IMG/VR virus record: IMGVR_UViG_3300043399_000587
Coordinates: 60,790-124,789 of that record
Direction: 5' to 3' (one strand)
From: a virus
DNA length: 64,000 nucleotides
The notes beneath the pieces were generated by a model. The model had not been told where the DNA came from. It did no database searches and saw nothing but the letters and a program-made list of their open reading frames with translations. This document shows positions 49,242 through 58,392 of this stretch, in pieces. Every line of letters starts with the position of its first letter. The stretch's first letter is position 1. Made by a program: the position numbers and the translations under genes.

Positions 49242-49457
49242 ATGACGATTGAAACTGTTCTCTACGGCAAGCGGGCTATCGTTCGGAATGAGGAAGAACT
49301 CAAGCTGTTCAAGCGTAAGGAAATTTTGGTCGCTGCTGCAAGGACTCTGTATGCCTATCAACCTGGCAGTCCTGTGCTCCGTGATGTTATGGGCAAACTC
49401 AGTCGGCTCAATCGTAAGATTGAATCTAAGGGCTTTTATGTTCAGTATTTGGAATAA
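49242..49457 (+). CDS. Hypothetical early protein
   Basis: Promoter 49183; GGAG RBS. Confidence 0.7.
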   Translation: MTIETVLYGKRAIVRNEEELKLFKRKEILVAAARTLYAYQPGSPVLRDVMGKLSRLNRKIESKGFYVQYLE

Positions 49458-49541
49458 ATCCAAATTTGACAAATAATCCCAAATCAGTTATACTGTATTT
49501 CTAAATTAGTGCTACAAGCATAACGCAACAAGGAGTTTGAA

Positions 49542-49703
49542 ATGAAGAAGGTTTTTGTTTCTATCCGCTACAACGGCCGCAAGTACTCGTACCTGGTTGA
49601 CGCCCGGTTCGTTGAAGGCCGGGCTGTGGTGTCCCAAACGGTCATCGACGGTCTGCTGGACAAGATCGGCGTGCGCCGCGGCGACACTTACTCGATCGGT
49701 TGA
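49542..49703 (+). CDS. Hypothetical early protein (not in ORF track)
   Basis: MKKVFVSIRYNGRKY...; AAGGAG RBS; GC-rich codons. Confidence 0.7.
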   Translation: MKKVFVSIRYNGRKYSYLVDARFVEGRAVVSQTVIDGLLDKIGVRRGDTYSIG

Positions 49704-49730
49704 CAGGGTCGGACAGCAAGGAGCAAGACA

Positions 49731-49985
49731 ATGCGACTGGTGATCAAATATACTGCGGGCGACGGTTGTTCTTGGTCGTGTGAGGATGTGTTACCCGTTG
49801 AATACGAATCCGCAGAACAACTCTACGTGGACTTTGAGGCAGCAGCTCGGGCCGCGCGTGCGGCAAACGTATACGCATTTGTGGTAGCTAATCGTGAGTT
49901 TGACACTGACTACTTCTTCTATGGCGCTGGTACTTACAACCCACCCGAGATTCTTACCGTAGATGAATGGTTCCAACAGGCTTGA
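49731..49985 (+). CDS. Hypothetical early protein
   Basis: AAGGAG RBS. Confidence 0.7.
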   Translation: MRLVIKYTAGDGCSWSCEDVLPVEYESAEQLYVDFEAAARAARAANVYAFVVANREFDTDYFFYGAGTYNPPEILTVDEWFQQA

Positions 49986-50036
49986 CAGGATCTCCAAAAG
50001 ATTCTACAATACTGACATAGCAACAAGGAGTTTGAA

Positions 50037-50240
50037 ATGAAGGTAATTGATATCATCGTCGCCGGTGCCCTCATTCTGTTCGTCGTGTCGGCTCTGCTGA
50101 GTCTGCCCGTGATGCTGCTGTGGGACTGGCTCATGCCCACGATCTTCGGACTGAAAAAGATCACCTGGTTTCAAGCCTGGGGTCTGATGTTCCTCTGCGG
50201 TCTCCTGTTCAAGAGCCACACCACTGTGAATAAGAACTGA
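50037..50240 (+). CDS. Small membrane protein
   Basis: LWDWLMPTIFGL..ITWFQAWG. Confidence 0.75.
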   Translation: MKVIDIIVAGALILFVVSALLSLPVMLLWDWLMPTIFGLKKITWFQAWGLMFLCGLLFKSHTTVNKN

Positions 50241-50250
50241 GAGGACAAAA

Positions 50251-50406
50251 ATGATGACGATTCTCGGTGCGATCCCCTACGCGATGGTAGGCGGCATTCT
50301 CGCTACGATGGGTTATAATCTCACGGACTTGGAATGGCAAGTTTTTGCCATTTTCGGCTGTATGTGGCTCAGTGAGCTTATCGCGTGGGTCAAGCATTCT
50401 CGTTGA
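50251..50406 (+). CDS. Small membrane protein (not in ORF track)
   Basis: GAGGA RBS; hydrophobic 51 aa. Confidence 0.55.
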   Translation: MMTILGAIPYAMVGGILATMGYNLTDLEWQVFAIFGCMWLSELIAWVKHSR

Positions 50407-50414
50407 GGTATATC

Positions 50415-50633
50415 ATGTATCGTAATAAGTTTCAAAAAGACTTTGATTTCACCTCTCGGGTTATCAAAATCATGTTCGGTGTCGTAACCACTTTTATTGC
50501 GATTATCTGGATTGCAGTGATCGCATTCTGGATCTTTGCAGGCACTATTGCCGTCAAGGCTGCTGATCAAATCGAACAGCGTGGTCTCAAGGATGTGATT
50601 GAACAAATCTGGTTCGGTCCTAATAACAAGTGA
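50415..50633 (+). CDS. Single-TM hypothetical protein
   Basis: GAGGT RBS. Confidence 0.65.
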   Translation: MYRNKFQKDFDFTSRVIKIMFGVVTTFIAIIWIAVIAFWIFAGTIAVKAADQIEQRGLKDVIEQIWFGPNNK

Positions 50634-50657
50634 ATGTGATTGCGTTAAGGAAATAAA

Positions 50658-50768
50658 ATGTCTGAACGTAAAATGGCTACTGTTCGTCGCATTGACGAAA
50701 TTCGTCCTATCAAGGATGCTGACGCTACTGAAGCCGCTGTAGTAGGGGGATGGGTCGTTGTTATGTAA
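50658..50768 (+). pseudogene. Orphaned 5' fragment of RNA ligase gene
   Basis: MSERKMATVRRIDEIRPIKDADATEAAVVGGWVVVM*, aligns with N-terminus of 51565 ligase; AAGGA RBS. Confidence 0.8.
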
Positions 50769-50807
50769 AAACACCATTATGTATAAATACATAGAGGAGA
50801 AATCTCT

Positions 50808-51524
50808 ATGTATAAATGGATAATTTACAAAACAACTTGTCTACAAAATAACAAAATCTATGTAGGGCAGCACAAAACTAAAAATATAAATGATGGCTAC
50901 ATGGGCTCAGGTAAACTAATTAGACGAGCATTTGAAAAATACGGAGTTGATAACTTCACTTGTGAAATATTATGTGAGTGTGATAGTAGAGAAGAAGCAT
51001 GCCTTCGTGAGGAGTACTGGATCGATACTCTAAAATCCACTGACCCTGAAATTGGTTATAATATAACGAAATACGCATGGGGCGGTCAGCCTCACACCGA
51101 AGAAACTAGAAAAAAATTATCTGACTTGAACAGGGGAAAACCAAAGACGGAAGAGTTCAAGAAAAAACTTAGAAAGCCAAAATCATCAGAGGCAATAGAA
51201 AACATGAAAATTGCAGCCGATGCGGCAAAGAAAAAAAGAATAGGTAAAAAATGGTATCATAATCCAACTACCTTAGAATCTAAACAATTTAGTTCAACTG
51301 AAGAAATTCCCAGCGAGTGGCTTCGAGGAAGAGGAAACACTCAAAAAGTGGGCGGAGATAGAAAGAAAAAAATATACTCAGATGAAGGACTTAGAAACAT
51401 ACAACAGGCCGCAAAAAACGAAGACAGAAATAAAAAAATATCCGATTCGTTGTTGGGACATGAAGTAAGTACAGAAACTAGAAATAAAATAAGTAAGACA
51501 CTATTGACAAATAATAAAAAATAG
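50808..51524 (+). mobile_element. GIY-YIG (Seg-like) homing endonuclease
   Basis: IYKTT...KIYVGQH...YMGSG, GYNI, HTEETRKKLS; TATAAATA at 50782. Confidence 0.9.
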
Positions 51525-51564
51525 ATTACAATACATCAACTGAACAAATATTTGGAATATTCTT

Positions 51565-52596
51565 ATGTACAAGAACGGTGAACGCATGATGGCATGGATT
51601 GCCAAGATCAACGAAGTTGCTCCCATTCCTAACGCTTATTCAATTGAAGCATACCGTGTTGGAGGGTGGTGGGTCGTTGATAAAAAGGATGCTTACAAGA
51701 TCAATGATCTTGTCGTATACGTATCCATTGATTCTTGGATTCCCCACGAAGTTGCTCCATTCCTCAGTAAGGGCCAAGAACCCCGTGAGTTTAATGGCGT
51801 CAAGGGCGAACGTCTTCGCACTGTAAAGCTGCGTGGCCAGGTCAGCCAGGGTCTGTTGCTACCATGCTACGTCTTATTCGACAAGATCGGCGAAATCAAC
51901 GAAGGTGATGACGTTTCCGAAGCACTTGGCATCCAAAAGTGGGAGGCTCCTATTCCTGCCCAACTTGCTGGTGATGTAGAAGGCGTATTTCCTACTGTGA
52001 TTCCCAAGACTGATCAGGAGCGTATCCAGAACCTCACTGAAGAACTCAAGACTTGGCAAAGTAACAGCGCGTTTACTTGGGAAGTCACGGAGAAGTTAGA
52101 CGGCAGTTCTATGACTGTTTTCGTTCATGGTGATCGTGAAGGCGTATGTAGCCGCAACTGGGCTCTCAAGGAAACTGCTGGCAATACCCTGTGGACTGTC
52201 GCACGGCGCGAACGGTTGATTGAAAAGATTCGTCAGTCCGGACGTAATCTCGCTCTGCAGGGTGAGTTGATTGGCGAGGATATTCAAGGTAATGCCTACA
52301 ACGTCAAGGGTCAAGATTTCCGCTTGTTTGACATCTACGACATTGATCGAGGTGAATATCTCGGTCCCCTTGAGCGTCGTGTTTTTGCTGAAACTCACGG
52401 TATCAAGCATGTTCCTGTGCTCGCTACTGAAATGGTGATTGAAGAATGGGTTACTGGACTGTTGACCATGGCAGATGGTGTTAGCACACTGAACCCTAAG
52501 ACTAATCGTGAAGGTCTGGTGTTCAAGTGCAACACGTTTGGTGGTCCTAGTTTCAAGGCTATTTCCAACCGGTGGCTCATTAAGAACGATGGTTGA
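51565..52596 (+). CDS. RNA ligase, Rnl2-like (DRB0094 family)
   Basis: PKTDQERIQN, TEKLDGSS, CSRN, QGELIG, FDI, REGLVFK, FKAIS. Confidence 0.9.
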   Translation: MYKNGERMMAWIAKINEVAPIPNAYSIEAYRVGGWWVVDKKDAYKINDLVVYVSIDSWIPHEVAPFLSKGQEPREFNGVKGERLRTVKLRGQVSQGLLLPCYVLFDKIGEINEGDDVSEALGIQKWEAPIPAQLAGDVEGVFPTVIPKTDQERIQNLTEELKTWQSNSAFTWEVTEKLDGSSMTVFVHGDREGVCSRNWALKETAGNTLWTVARRERLIEKIRQSGRNLALQGELIGEDIQGNAYNVKGQDFRLFDIYDIDRGEYLGPLERRVFAETHGIKHVPVLATEMVIEEWVTGLLTMADGVSTLNPKTNREGLVFKCNTFGGPSFKAISNRWLIKNDG

Positions 52597-52649
52597 AGAA
52601 TAATCAGACTAGAGTTAGAATTTAAACTCATTAATTTAAGGAGTAAATC

Positions 52650-52829
52650 ATGCGTGAATTGGTGTTGCTAAAACTTCAAACGTTTATTCAAGATAGTGGT
52701 GGATTTGGAATTCCTCGCTTTTTTGATTGTGATGAGGATGAGTTCATTACTGATGCCAAGGAACTTGAGTCCATGTCTGATCAAGAACTCCTAGAAGTTT
52801 TTGAAAGTTGTGTGGGATTTAACGGATAA
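52650..52829 (+). CDS. Small acidic protein (not in ORF track)
   Basis: AAGGAG RBS; 59 aa. Confidence 0.65.
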   Translation: MRELVLLKLQTFIQDSGGFGIPRFFDCDEDEFITDAKELESMSDQELLEVFESCVGFNG

Positions 52830-52858
52830 AACTATCGTAAACTAACTGGAGGTTTAAC

Positions 52859-53182
52859 GTGATCAAGATGATTTTGGCGGCTATCGCAATGTCCACTGCG
52901 ATTTCTGTATATGCAAAAGGTAGCTCACACGCTGGGAGCGAAAATCAATCACAATCAGGTGGTATTATTACACCATCGGTAGCAACCGGCGTGAAATCAT
53001 TCCTCTTCTGGACTGTCAACGTAAACGGCGATACTGTAGTCTGCAATTATGATGACTACTATCAAGGTGAATGTGGGAAAAAAAATCTAAGCTGGATTCT
53101 GCTCAAGGACGCAGTTCCTAAAGGCAAAACCTACGTTGGGTTTCGAGTATCCAACCATCGAATTGAAGTGTATTGGAAGTAA
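52859..53182 (+). CDS. Secreted hypothetical protein
   Basis: GGAGG RBS; signal peptide. Confidence 0.65.
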   Translation: MIKMILAAIAMSTAISVYAKGSSHAGSENQSQSGGIITPSVATGVKSFLFWTVNVNGDTVVCNYDDYYQGECGKKNLSWILLKDAVPKGKTYVGFRVSNHRIEVYWK

Positions 53183-53185
53183 ATT

Positions 53186-53404
53186 ATGAATGAAGATATT
53201 CAAGACTCTGGTAGTAGCAAAGCTAGGTCTCAATTGCAAAAAATTGATGATGAAATTGCTGCTTACAACCGCAAGGTTGCCAAAGAACGTTCAATTGATA
53301 TTGATCGGCATTGGCGGGAAAATGCTGAGCGTCGTAAAAAATTGATGCTCAAGGCCCGCGAACTGTTCACACAAGATGAACTTGATGTTCTGGGTTTGTA
53401 TTGA
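53186..53404 (+). CDS. Hypothetical protein
   Basis: 72-aa helical ORF. Confidence 0.6.
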   Translation: MNEDIQDSGSSKARSQLQKIDDEIAAYNRKVAKERSIDIDRHWRENAERRKKLMLKARELFTQDELDVLGLY

Positions 53405-53417
53405 AGGAAATAATACA

Positions 53418-53600
53418 ATGAATAAAGAATTCGGTTTTGCTATCTTTTATTGTTTCGCTACTATAGCGATAGCAATTTTCATCCATGGATTTGGTAGGGC
53501 AGGCGCCTTCTCTTCGGTTGTAGAAGATTGCCGAAAGTTAGGTGCATTCTATATAGGTGGTACAGTCTATGAATGCCAGGAAAAGAAAATTGACAAATAA
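53418..53600 (+). CDS. Small membrane protein
   Basis: TM then C.KLG.FY.G..VYEC. Confidence 0.65.
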   Translation: MNKEFGFAIFYCFATIAIAIFIHGFGRAGAFSSVVEDCRKLGAFYIGGTVYECQEKKIDK

Positions 53601-53648
53601 TATGGTATTTGTTATACTGTATTCATGTTGAACGCAACGGAGAGCAAG

Positions 53649-53816
53649 ATGTTTGATATCTATGTCTATAACGCGGACAATGGTGAACTGGTCGGTGTTG
53701 ATCCTGCTTATGCCGCAGACTCCTATAAGGCCGCTGCACAACGTTGGATCGACCGTGGTTGCACTGTAAAGGTCGTTGACACTTATGATGGTGTCGTGGT
53801 CTACACGCTGGGGTGA
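53649..53816 (+). CDS. Hypothetical early protein
   Basis: Promoter 53590; GGAG. Confidence 0.65.
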   Translation: MFDIYVYNADNGELVGVDPAYAADSYKAAAQRWIDRGCTVKVVDTYDGVVVYTLG

Positions 53817-53872
53817 CAGTATTTTCAGCCTGTGCTATACTGCATTCAAGTTAGAAAAAAGGAGCAAACGAG

Positions 53873-54088
53873 ATGACTGGTTATACTCTTCAAATCTTCA
53901 AGGTGGTTGATGGAGTCAAGGAGCTGTTTGCTGAGGTCCGGTATCCTTATGCTTCTGGTACCGAGATGATGGACATCATCTACGGTGCTCGGCATTTCGG
54001 TATCGCTACCTATTTTGGACGTCTGGATCTTCCGAAAGATGTCACCTATGATCTTGACTTCGTGAGGTTGGTTGACAATAAATCCTAA
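53873..54088 (+). CDS. Hypothetical early protein
   Basis: AAGGAG RBS. Confidence 0.7.
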   Translation: MTGYTLQIFKVVDGVKELFAEVRYPYASGTEMMDIIYGARHFGIATYFGRLDLPKDVTYDLDFVRLVDNKS

Positions 54089-54135
54089 ATCTCATATAAT
54101 GTCTACATAGACAGTTAGATAACAGAGAACGCAAG

Positions 54136-54315
54136 ATGAACCAGCAAGAAATCAAAGGCGCAGTTCGTATCGGACAGGGCACCAAACTGCATCCTGCTAT
54201 CAAGTCTACTCAATACGGTATGCTTATCTGCTGCCGTTGCCCTGGTACTCAACAAGGTGCCGCCTATCACAAGGCGCAGTTCTTCGCTGGCATGGCAAGC
54301 AACTGCCGAAACTAA
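54136..54315 (+). CDS. Small Cys/His early protein (not in ORF track)
   Basis: MNQQEIKG...KLH...CCRCPG...CRN; after promoter 54072. Confidence 0.65.
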   Translation: MNQQEIKGAVRIGQGTKLHPAIKSTQYGMLICCRCPGTQQGAAYHKAQFFAGMASNCRN

Positions 54316-54416
54316 TCTAGGGCCTACACCTGACTTAGGGTGTAACCAAGATTTGACAAATATTCGATGTGGACATATAATGTCTACATAGACAGTTGAG
54401 ACACGGAGCAAACGAA

Positions 54417-54620
54417 ATGATCAACGAAGCAAAAGTCCTGAAAGTTGTCAAGTCTGTTACCGATACCAACGCTTACTTTTACAACGGTACCTTGTTTTTG
54501 GAAACTGTTAACAGCAAAATTGCTGTTCGTGTTTTCAATGCAATTTGTGAAAAGATCACGACCGCTGTTGCGTTTGGTAAGTACGATGAAAAAGTGACTA
54601 CCTACGATTTTCTCGGTTGA
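54417..54620 (+). CDS. Hypothetical early protein
   Basis: Promoter 54353; GGAG. Confidence 0.7.
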   Translation: MINEAKVLKVVKSVTDTNAYFYNGTLFLETVNSKIAVRVFNAICEKITTAVAFGKYDEKVTTYDFLG

Positions 54621-54678
54621 CAATAAATCCCAAATCGCATATAATGTCACTCTAGACAGTTAGATGACGGATCAAGAA

Positions 54679-54915
54679 ATGGCTGACACTTCAATCTCTA
54701 AGTATCTGTATCGTGTTTACGAGGCTCAGGATACTACGGATTACTTCTCCTACGATGCAGCCAAGTGTTTGTTTGAGCATCAAGACCTGAGTTGGGCGCA
54801 TGATTTTGCCTACAAGAAATGGCTGAAGGATAAGACCCGAGCCTTTACCGTCATCCAGCCTTACGACGGATCCTGCCGCGGTGGATATGGCTTCCCGGTA
54901 GAAGATGAGGAATAA
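54679..54915 (+). CDS. Hypothetical early protein
   Basis: Promoter 54617. Confidence 0.65.
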   Translation: MADTSISKYLYRVYEAQDTTDYFSYDAAKCLFEHQDLSWAHDFAYKKWLKDKTRAFTVIQPYDGSCRGGYGFPVEDEE

Positions 54916-54980
54916 TAAAAATTTGACAATAAACCGGGCTAGTGTTATACTGTGTTTCTAGTGAACGAACAGAAGCAAAA

Positions 54981-55160
54981 ATGACTCGTCAAGAAGAATT
55001 CAAGCAAAAGTTGTTTGCTTTGCTCCGTGAGCACAATGTGACCATGAGCGTAGAAGATGATCAGATTGACTTCTTTTCCCACACAGAGTGGGATGAGAAT
55101 GGCAATGTTGTACGGGAAAGTATCAACTTTCAAACCCGCTGGGAAAACGGTGTGGAGTAA
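54981..55160 (+). CDS. Hypothetical early protein
   Basis: Promoter 54923. Confidence 0.65.
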   Translation: MTRQEEFKQKLFALLREHNVTMSVEDDQIDFFSHTEWDENGNVVRESINFQTRWENGVE

Positions 55161-55264
55161 ATCATGATGGAATATATTGTTTTTTGTTCTTTTCCTGTTT
55201 TGGTTATACTGATTCAGGATTGGTGTAATCGTCATCGTTTTGACTAACATTAAGGAACACAGTA

Positions 55265-55477
55265 ATGAAGACCTATCAAGAAGTCATTGAACGTGCCGCC
55301 CGCAGGATCTACAGTTCTTATGCGGATGGCGGCAATGAATATTATAATGTAGTAGACTACGATGAAATAGCCTTCATTTTTGAGAAGACTGACCTCGTGG
55401 TCTACGAAGATTGTAAGAAAGTATTTCTGGAGAAAGTAGAAGAGGCCTATAACAGGTTCGCTCTTCAAAAGAAATAA
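55265..55477 (+). CDS. Hypothetical protein
   Basis: AAGGA RBS. Confidence 0.65.
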   Translation: MKTYQEVIERAARRIYSSYADGGNEYYNVVDYDEIAFIFEKTDLVVYEDCKKVFLEKVEEAYNRFALQKK

Positions 55478-55546
55478 TCCCAAAATTGACAAATAATGTC
55501 AACGGTTTTATACTGTAGTTCTAGTGAGTAATACCGGTAGTCTGAA

Positions 55547-55744
55547 ATGAACGGACAAATCTTTAGAATGAAGAATATATTGTTTAAGTTTGATTTGTCC
55601 AATGACGGCGTTTGGTGGACTCGATCTTATAAAAACGAACGAGTTGAACATTGGTTTAGAATTGGTAGAACTCATTTTGAAGATATGATTATTTACGAAT
55701 TTATTTTGTGGAGACTATTGATTGTATGGGGTATTAAGAAATGA
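55547..55744 (+). CDS. Hypothetical protein
   Basis: Follows promoter 55486. Confidence 0.55.
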   Translation: MNGQIFRMKNILFKFDLSNDGVWWTRSYKNERVEHWFRIGRTHFEDMIIYEFILWRLLIVWGIKK

Positions 55745-55956
55745 ACGAACGAATCCGTGAAATTGCCCGGCGAGTTGTTGGTAAAAACAAAAATGATGTC
55801 GGTTCAATCAGTTTGTTTGATGAACAGATTGAACACTTCGCCGAATTGCTTATTTCAGCAGTGACGGCAGAAGTCAAAGATGAAGTACAATATCAGTGCG
55901 GATGGGCGAATGCCGAAATCGTTGAAAATCGTATTAAGCATGTGTTTGGAGTCTGA
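55741..55956 (+). CDS. MNERI-family small protein
   Basis: MNERIREIA...FAELLI...IKHVFGV. Confidence 0.75.
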   Translation: MNERIREIARRVVGKNKNDVGSISLFDEQIEHFAELLISAVTAEVKDEVQYQCGWANAEIVENRIKHVFGV

Positions 55957-55957
55957 A

Positions 55958-56290
55958 ATGAACGAACAAACAATTGAAGACCTGGCACGTAGTGCAGGTG
56001 CAACTAATGAACAAGGCGGTCGGGCCTCAGGTATATTTTGTTTTACAAAGCGTGAATTGAATAAATTTGCCGATTCTCTCATCAAGGCAACCTACAAGCG
56101 TGTAAAAAAAGAATCTAAGCAAGAGGTGCCCAAGAACATCAAAAACTTCTGGCCAGCACACTGTATGCTATTGATCTGGAATCCAGATTTGATGAACTTT
56201 TGGCCACCAGGCTCAAATCAACGTAGGTATCAGAGGTTAAATTATCGTGCCCGCGGCATTGTGCTGCACGATCGGGAGTTGAACCAATGA
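55958..56290 (+). CDS. MNERI-family-related protein
   Basis: MNEQTIEDLARSAG...KFADSLI. Confidence 0.65.
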   Translation: MNEQTIEDLARSAGATNEQGGRASGIFCFTKRELNKFADSLIKATYKRVKKESKQEVPKNIKNFWPAHCMLLIWNPDLMNFWPPGSNQRRYQRLNYRARGIVLHDRELNQ

Positions 56291-56811
56291 ACCGTCGCAG
56301 TAAAGATCGTAATGGTTGGGTAAACTTCCCAGTAGATGATCCAAAGTGGAGTAGTACAAACGAAGGTGGAATGTTCGTCAAACTAGTGGTCTGCGATGAT
56401 CGGGAATTTGATGACCAATTTGGTATCTGTTGCGGTGTTCATGTCCATGATCTATTGAGTGAACAACTGATCAATGACGATCAACGTCCATACCCAATAT
56501 ATCCAAAACTCGACCCAAATTCTGATACAGACATCTTAAAGAAGGTAGAAGAGGCAATTCAAAATGATAAACGTTGGGAAGAATATCACTACCCAAATGT
56601 AAATGATCCTGAAAAGCCCGAATACTATAGTCGTTCATATCTTTGCTCTATAGTGTTAGGCAGTACTGGGTGGAGTGGGCACAATGATGATATTGGATTG
56701 TGGCACTGTACCTATGATGACTTGACAGAAGATGGTAAGTCACTGTATAATACAATTCAAAGGCTGTATCCCGGTTGTACACTTCATCTACTAACATTTT
56801 TGGATACTTGA
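56287..56811 (+). CDS. Hypothetical protein
   Basis: 174-aa ORF. Confidence 0.7.
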   Translation: MNRRSKDRNGWVNFPVDDPKWSSTNEGGMFVKLVVCDDREFDDQFGICCGVHVHDLLSEQLINDDQRPYPIYPKLDPNSDTDILKKVEEAIQNDKRWEEYHYPNVNDPEKPEYYSRSYLCSIVLGSTGWSGHNDDIGLWHCTYDDLTEDGKSLYNTIQRLYPGCTLHLLTFLDT

Positions 56812-56821
56812 AAGGACAGTC

Positions 56822-57127
56822 ATGAGTTACAAAGAATATACTGTTAGGGTCTATGAGGGCGGGACTAAAGCGTGGTACGTCAATGATGAACTTCATCGAG
56901 AAGATGGACCTGCCATCGAGGGTGCAATTGGAAACGAATGGCACATCAACGGCAAGCTTCATCGTGAAGATGGGCCTGCTATTGAATGGCATAATGGGTA
57001 CAAAGAGTGGCACATCAATGGTCAAAAAATGACGGAACAAGAATTCCATAGTCGTAAAAAGTGGAATTCATATAGTGACATAACTGTTACGATTGATGGC
57101 GCCAAGTATAAACTCAAGGCTCTATAA
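56822..57127 (+). CDS. LHREDGPA-repeat protein
   Basis: Two W..NG.LHREDGPAIE-type repeats. Confidence 0.8.
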   Translation: MSYKEYTVRVYEGGTKAWYVNDELHREDGPAIEGAIGNEWHINGKLHREDGPAIEWHNGYKEWHINGQKMTEQEFHSRKKWNSYSDITVTIDGAKYKLKAL

Positions 57128-57423
57128 TGATTCATCTAGCACTCAACATCACAAATCCGTGGTCAAAACAAAATCTCAGTAGCGTAAAGTTTTGGCATGG
57201 CCCTACACCTTGGAAGAACAAGTTTTGGGAACTTGATCTGACACGATCTAGGACTATTGTTTCTGCCAATCTTGTTGTGAGTCATCGGCAGAGTCATTCA
57301 GGGTTTGAAGTTATGCTGGGACTATTTGGTTATGACCTAATGTTTACAATCTACGATCAACGACATTGGGATTACGATATCAATGATTGGGAAAAATCTG
57401 ATGACAAAGAAAATCTTCTATGA
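57127..57423 (+). CDS. Hypothetical protein (paralog of 45098-45385)
   Basis: WHGPTPWKNKFWE...IYDQRHW. Confidence 0.75.
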   Translation: MIHLALNITNPWSKQNLSSVKFWHGPTPWKNKFWELDLTRSRTIVSANLVVSHRQSHSGFEVMLGLFGYDLMFTIYDQRHWDYDINDWEKSDDKENLL

Positions 57424-57856
57424 AAAAGTTGGAAGAAAATATGTCCCTGTAAAAGAATACGATGATGAACTAGTCCATGCCCTGCCAAAAGGCAATCATC
57501 TAATCATGTGCTATCCAGGCGGACGTAGTACACGGTATAATATTGACCCAGATTATGCTGCATTGATTGCCGCTAGTCGTGTAGCACAGGATGTCATGGC
57601 ACAAGCACTAGTAAAAGCAAGTGAAATGCGTCCCAAGAAAAAATCACTTACACCTGAACAAAAACAAGCCTGGGATAATTTGAAAGTGGCATTTGGTGAC
57701 GATATGTATACTCTACACATTGACAGTGCCCACGATGTTGCTCAAGCGGGTCTGGATGCTTTACAAAAAACTGCTAAGGAGTTATACTCCACTAATCCCA
57801 GTGTTCAAGCAGCATTGGATCATTTGTATTTGCTAACTAAACTAACAAAGGATTGA
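57401..57856 (+). CDS. Hypothetical protein (paralog of 44221-44679)
   Basis: KKIFYEKVGRKYVPVKEYD. Confidence 0.8.
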   Translation: MTKKIFYEKVGRKYVPVKEYDDELVHALPKGNHLIMCYPGGRSTRYNIDPDYAALIAASRVAQDVMAQALVKASEMRPKKKSLTPEQKQAWDNLKVAFGDDMYTLHIDSAHDVAQAGLDALQKTAKELYSTNPSVQAALDHLYLLTKLTKD

Positions 57857-57858
57857 AC

Positions 57859-58392
57859 ATGATTACTCTAAAAGAATGGATGGAAGTTGTTGATTACCGT
57901 ATCACTGAAGGTGATCAATATTACAGTGAAGTTTTTGGCAATGATGCCAGTTGCTATTGTCTTAGTGCTTGGAATGGCGATCATGATGGTTATAGTTTCA
58001 ACATTGTGTTTGACACTGATACACAAGTAATATACACTGTTGAAGCATGTGACTACAAGAATAATAGGGCATATCGTCTGATCAATCCAGATTTCGTTGA
58101 CGCATACAAGAAGAATTCTGATGAACGTGATAACGTCGCATGGGATAGTGTAAACTTCATTGATCTTGACGTTGATGATGATTGGATTCAAAAGGCTCTT
58201 GCTATCAAAGAAGGAAAGCCTTATGATACTCGTGTATCAATTCCAATTGAACTAGACGATAGTGAAATGTTTAAGTTGATGACAATAGCACATGAACGTG
58301 ACATTACGCTAAATCAATTAGTGGCAGAAATTCTTTGGGAACGAATCAACAATTCGGATCAGATCAAAAAGCATGATGAATCAAAACTTTGA
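57859..58392 (+). CDS. Hypothetical protein, possible C-terminal ribbon-helix-helix
   Basis: AHERDITLNQLV. Confidence 0.7.
   Translation: MITLKEWMEVVDYRITEGDQYYSEVFGNDASCYCLSAWNGDHDGYSFNIVFDTDTQVIYTVEACDYKNNRAYRLINPDFVDAYKKNSDERDNVAWDSVNFIDLDVDDDWIQKALAIKEGKPYDTRVSIPIELDDSEMFKLMTIAHERDITLNQLVAEILWERINNSDQIKKHDESKL

Noticed and set aside
50769-51564. Group I intron in the RNA ligase gene
   Set aside because: Only ~40 nt of non-coding sequence on each side of the endonuclease, too little for a ribozyme core, and the downstream gene has its own full N-terminus.
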